Below, one piece after another: positions 60,000 to 64,000 of a stretch of 64,000 nt of DNA. This DNA comes from Eledone cirrhosa (lineage: Eukaryota). The notes under the pieces are model-generated. The model worked only from the letters and a program-made list of their open reading frames with translations. It did no database searches and was not told the DNA's origin. Position numbers and translations under genes: made by a program. Every line of letters starts with the position of its first letter. Position 1 is the first letter of the stretch. The stretch spans positions 270,134,001-270,198,000 of the forward strand of contig OZ024743.1 in the NCBI GenBank assembly GCA_964016885.1. Direction: 5' to 3'.

Positions 60000-62900
60000 T
60001 AGTAGTGTTTGAGGTGGTGTTGATGCTAGAGGTGTTGGTAGTAGTGTTTGAGGTGGTGTTGATGTTAGTGGTGTTGGTAGTAGTGTTTGAGGTGGTGTTG
60101 ATGTTAGTGGTGTTGGTAGTAATGTTTGAGGTGGTGTTGATGTTAGAGGTGTTGGTAGTAGTGTTTGAGGTGGTGTTAACGTTAGTGGTGTTGGTAGTAG
60201 TATTTGAGGTGGTGTTGATGTTAGTGGTGTTGGTAGTAGTGTTTGACGTGGTGTTGTTGTTAGTGGTGTTGGTAGTAGTGTCTGAGGTGGTGTTGATGTT
60301 AGTGGTGTTGGTAGTAGTGTTTGAGGTGGTGTTGATGTTAGTGGTGTTGGTAGTAGTGTTTGACGTGGTGTTGTTGTTAGTGGTGTTGGTAGTAGTGTCT
60401 GAGGTGGTGTTGATGTTAGTGGTGTTGGTAGTAGTGTTTGAGGTGGTGTTGATGTTAGTGGTGTTGGTAGTAGTGTTTGACGTGGTGTTGATGTTAGTGG
60501 TGTTGGTAGTAGTGTTTGACGTGGTGTTGTTGTTAGTGGTGTTGGTAGTAGTGTCTGAGGTGGTGTTGATGTTAGTGGTGTTGGTAGTAGTGTTTGAGGT
60601 GCTGTTGATGTTAGTGGTGTTGGTAGTAGTGTTTGAGGTGGTGTTGACCTTAGTGGTGTTGGTAGTAGTGTTTGAGGTGGTGTTGACGTTAGTGGTGTTG
60701 GTAGTAGTGTTTGAGGTGGTGTTGATGTTAGCGGTGTTGGTAGTAGTGTTTGAGGTGGTGTTGATGTTAGTGGTGTTGGTAGTAGTGTTTGAGGTGGTGT
60801 TGATGTTAGTGGTGTTGGCAGTAGTGTTTGAGGTGGTGTTGATGTTAGCGGTGTTGGTAGTAGTGTTTGAGGTGGTGTTGATGTTAGCGGTGTTGGTAGT
60901 AGTGTTTGAGGTGGTGTTGATGTTAGTGGTGTTGGTAGTAGTGTTTGAGCTGGTGTTGATGTTAGTGGTGTTGGTAGTAGTGTTTGAGGAGGTGTTGATG
61001 TTAGTGGTCTTGGTAGTAGTGTTTGAGGTGGTGGTGGTGTTAGAGGTGTTGGTAGTAGTCTTGGAGGTGGTGTTGATGTTAGTGGCGTTGGTAGTAGTGT
61101 TTGACGTGGTGTTGATGTTATTGGTGTTGGTAGTAGTGTTTGAGGTGGTGTTGATGTTAGTAGTGTTGGTAGTAGTGTTTGAGGTGGTGTTGATGTTAGT
61201 GGTGTTGGTAGTAGTGTTTGAGGTGGTGTTGATGTTAGTGGTGTTGGTAGTAGTGTTTGACGTGGTGTTGATGTTAGTGATGTTGGTAGTAGTGTTTGAG
61301 GTGTTGTTGATGTTAGTGGTGTTGGTAGTAGTGTTTGAGGTGGTGTTGATGTTAGTGGTGTTGGTAGTAGTGTTTGAGGCGGTGTTGATGTTAGTGGTGT
61401 TGGTAGTAGTGTTTGAGGTGGTGTTGATGTTAGTGGTGTTGGTAGTAGTGTTTGAGGTGGTGTTGACCTTAGTGGTGTTGGTAGTAGTGTTTGAGGTGGT
61501 GTTGACGTTAGTGGTGTTGGTAGTAGTGTTTGAGGTGGTGTTGATGTTAGTGATGTTGGTAGTAGTGTTTGAGGTGGTGTTGATGTTAGCGGTGTTGGTA
61601 GTAGTGTTTGAGGTGGTGTTGATGTTAGTGGTGTTGGTAGTAGTGTTTGAGGTGGTGTTGATGTTAGTGGTGTTGGTAGTAGTGTTTGAGGTGGTGTTGA
61701 TGTTAGTGGTGTTGTTAGTAGTGTTTGAGGTGGTGTTGCTGTTAGTGGTGTTGGTAGTAGTGTTTGAGGTGGTGTTGATGTTAGTGGTGTTGTTAGTAGT
61801 GTTTGAGGTGGTGTTGATGTTAGTGGTGTTGGTAGTAGTGTTTGAGGTGGTGTTGATGTTAGTGGTGTTGGTAGTAGTGTTTGAGGTGGTGTTGATGTTA
61901 GTGGTGTTGTTAGTAGTGTTTGAGGTGGTGTTGATGTTAGTGGTGTTGGTAGTAGTGTTTGAGGTGGTGTTGATGTTAGTGGTGTTGTTAGTAGTGTTTG
62001 AGGTGGTGTTGATGTTAGTGGTGTTGGTAGTAGTGTTTGAGGTGGTGTTGATGTTAGTGGTGTTGGTAGTAGTGTTTGAGGTGGTGTTGATGTTAGTGGT
62101 GTTGGTAGTAGTGTTTGAGGTGGTGTTGATGTTAGTGGTGTTGGTAGTAGTGTTTGAGGTGGTGTTGATGCTAGAGGTGTTGGTAGTAGTGTTTGAGGTG
62201 GTGTTGATGTTAGTGGTGTTGGTAGTAGTGTTTGAGGTGGTGTTGATGTTAGTGGTGTTGGTAGTAGTGTTTGAGGTGGTGTTGATGTTAGAGGTGTTGG
62301 TAGTAGTGTTTGAGGTGGTGTTAACGTTAGTGGTGTTGGTAGTAGTATTTGAGGTGGTGTTGATGTTAGTGGTGTTGGTAGTAGTGTTTGACGTGGTGTT
62401 GTTGTTAGTGGTGTTGGTAGTAGTGTCTGAGGTGGTGTTGATGTTAGTGGTGTTGGTAGTAGTGTTTGAGGTGGTGTTGATGTTAGTGGTGTTGGTAGTA
62501 GTGTTTGACGTGGTGTTGTTGTTAGTGGTGTTGGTAGTAGTGTCTGAGGTGGTGTTGATGTTAGTGGTGTTGGTAGTAGTGTTTGAGGTGGTGTTGATGT
62601 TAGTGGTGTTGGTAGTAGTGTTTGACGTGGTGTTGATGTTAGTGGTGTTGGTAGTAGTGTTTGACGTGGTGTTGTTGTTAGTGGTGTTGGTAGTAGTGTC
62701 TGAGGTGGTGTTGATGTTAGTGGTGTTGGTAGTAGTGTTTGAGGTGCTGTTGATGTTAGTGGTGTTGGTAGTAGTGTTTGAGGTGGTGTTGACCTTAGTG
62801 GTGTTGGTAGTAGTGTTTGAGGTGGTGTTGACGTTAGTGGTGTTGGTAGTAGTGTTTGAGGTGGTGTTGATGTTAGTGATGTTGGTAGTAGTGTTTGAGG

Positions 62901-63830
62901 TGGTGTTGATGTTAGCGGTGTTGGTAGTAGTGTTTGAGGTGGTGTTGATGTTAGTGGTGTTGGTAGTAGTGTTTGAGGTGGTGTTGATGTTAGTGGTGTT
63001 GTTAGTAGTGTTTGGGGTGGTGTTGATGTTAGTGGTGTTGGCAGTAGTGTTTGAGGTGGTGTTGATGTTAGCGGTGTTGGTAGTAGTGTTTGAGGTGGTG
63101 TTGATGTTAGTGGTGTTGGTAGTAGTGTTTGAGGTGGTGTTGATGTTAGTGGTGTTGGCAGTAGTGTTTGAGGTGGTGTTGATGTTAGCGGTGTTGGTAG
63201 TAGTGTTTGAGGTGGTGTTGATGTTAGCGGTGTTGGTAGTAGTGTTTGAGGTGGTGTTGATGTTAGTGGTGTTGGTAGTAGTGTTTGAGCTGGTGTTGAT
63301 GTTAGTGGTGTTGGTAGTAGTGTTTGAGGAGGTGTTGATGTTAGTGGTCTTGGTAGTAGTGTTTGAGGTGGTGGTGGTGTTAGAGGTGTTGGTAGTAGTC
63401 TTGGAGGTGGTGTTGATGTTAGTGGCGTTGGTAGTAGTGTTTGACGTGGTGTTGATGTTATTGGTGTTGGTAGTAGTGTTTGAGGTGGTGTTGATGTTAG
63501 TAGTGTTGGTAGTAGTGTTTGAGGTGGTGTTGATGTTAGTGGTGTTGGTAGTAGTGTTTGAGGTGGTGTTGATGTTAGTGGTGTTGGTAGTAGTGTTTGA
63601 CGTGGTGTTGATGTTAGTGATGTTGGTAGTAGTGTTTGAGGTGTTGTTGATGTTAGTGGTGTTGGTAGTAGTGTTTGAGGTGGTGTTGATGTTAGTGGTG
63701 TTGGTAGTAGTGTTTGAGGCGGTGTTGATGTTAGTGGTGTTGGTAGTAGTGTTTGAGGTGGTGTTGATGTTAGTGGTGTTGGTAGTAGTGTTTGAGGTGG
63801 TGTTGACCTTAGTGGTGTTGGTAGTAGTGT
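60000..63830. repeat. Tandem duplication with 55-60-monomer period
   Basis: TTAACG 60176/62321 (offset 2145 = 55x39) and GAGC 60950/63290 (offset 2340 = 60x39). The second copy holds five more monomers between these markers. Confidence 0.87.
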
Positions 63831-64000
63831 TTGAGGTGGTGTTGATGTTAGCGGTGTTGGTAGTAGTGTTTGAGGTGGTGTTGATGTTAGTGGTGTTGGT
63901 AGTAGTGTTTGAGGTGGTGTTGATGTTAGTGGTGTTGGTAGTAGTGTTTGAGGTGGTGTTGATGTTAGTGGTGTTGGTAGTAGTGTTTGAGGTGGTGTTG

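Larger units (their letters stand above)
1..64000. repeat. Tandem satellite/minisatellite array, 39-bp monomer GTAGTAGTGTTTGAGGTGGTGTTGATGTTAGTGGTGTTG, about 1,640 copies, single orientation, extends beyond both window edges
   Basis: Read directly: the 39-mer recurs head-to-tail from base 1 to 64000. Most copies match the consensus or differ by 1-2 substitutions. The 13-aa periodicity of every ORF in the track agrees. Confidence 0.99.
1..64000 (-). other. Latent mucin-like coding potential of the monomer (NTTNINTTSNTTT or TPLTSTPPQTLLP); not an intact CDS
   Basis: The minus-strand monomer reads AAC ACC ACT AAC ATC AAC ACC ACC TCA AAC ACT ACT ACC. There is no non-repetitive domain, signal peptide or visible gene boundary, and about 27 single-base indels plus stop variants interrupt the frames. 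Confidence 0.15.

Noticed and set aside
1-64000. CRISPR array (unit length is in the CRISPR repeat range)
   Set aside because: Monomers abut directly with no unique spacers, no palindrome, no leader and no cas genes.
1-64000. Bisulfite-converted, synthetic or rolling-circle concatemer artefact explaining the lack of C
   Set aside because: C-containing variants occur in non-CpG contexts (TCT, CAG, CTA, ACC) and are shared hierarchically between distant blocks, as expected from evolutionary duplication. Local mis-assembly of block copy number cannot be excluded.
1-64000. Telomerase-synthesised repeat
   Set aside because: No canonical telomere motif is present in tandem, and ordered multi-kb variant haplotypes cannot come from copying a short RNA template.
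1-64000. Shine-Dalgarno-like GAGG/GGAGG upstream of ATG in each monomer
   Set aside because: It is an incidental part of the repeat, present in every copy, and nothing indicates prokaryotic gene organisation.
35560-64000. Variant order as an information-bearing code or antigenic-variation cassette library
   Set aside because: The order is explained by nested in-register duplications and deletions. No recombinase, expression site or conserved cassette boundary is visible.

Overview
The whole 64-kb window is one uninterrupted head-to-tail tandem array of a 39-bp monomer, about 1,640 copies, with consensus GTAGTAGTGTTTGAGGTGGTGTTGATGTTAGTGGTGTTG (17 G, 17 T, 5 A, 0 C). It runs off both ends. 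I see no unique sequence, inversion, transposon, RNA gene, CRISPR spacer or credible gene. The long ORFs arise because the monomer is a multiple of 3 and is stop-free in three of six frames: + VVVFEVVLMLVVL, - NTTNINTTSNTTT and - TPLTSTPPQTLLP. Each of these frames is broken repeatedly by frameshifts and stop variants that were themselves copied. The information in the window lies in the variant monomers. They record nested duplications from 7 to about 190 monomers, regional variant domains and microhomology-guided in-frame indels. The best reading is a large, recently amplified satellite/minisatellite, probably eukaryotic (inference). It may derive from a mucin-like Thr/Asn-coding repeat or be telomere-associated, but neither can be established from this window. 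I found no supportable new multi-gene system.
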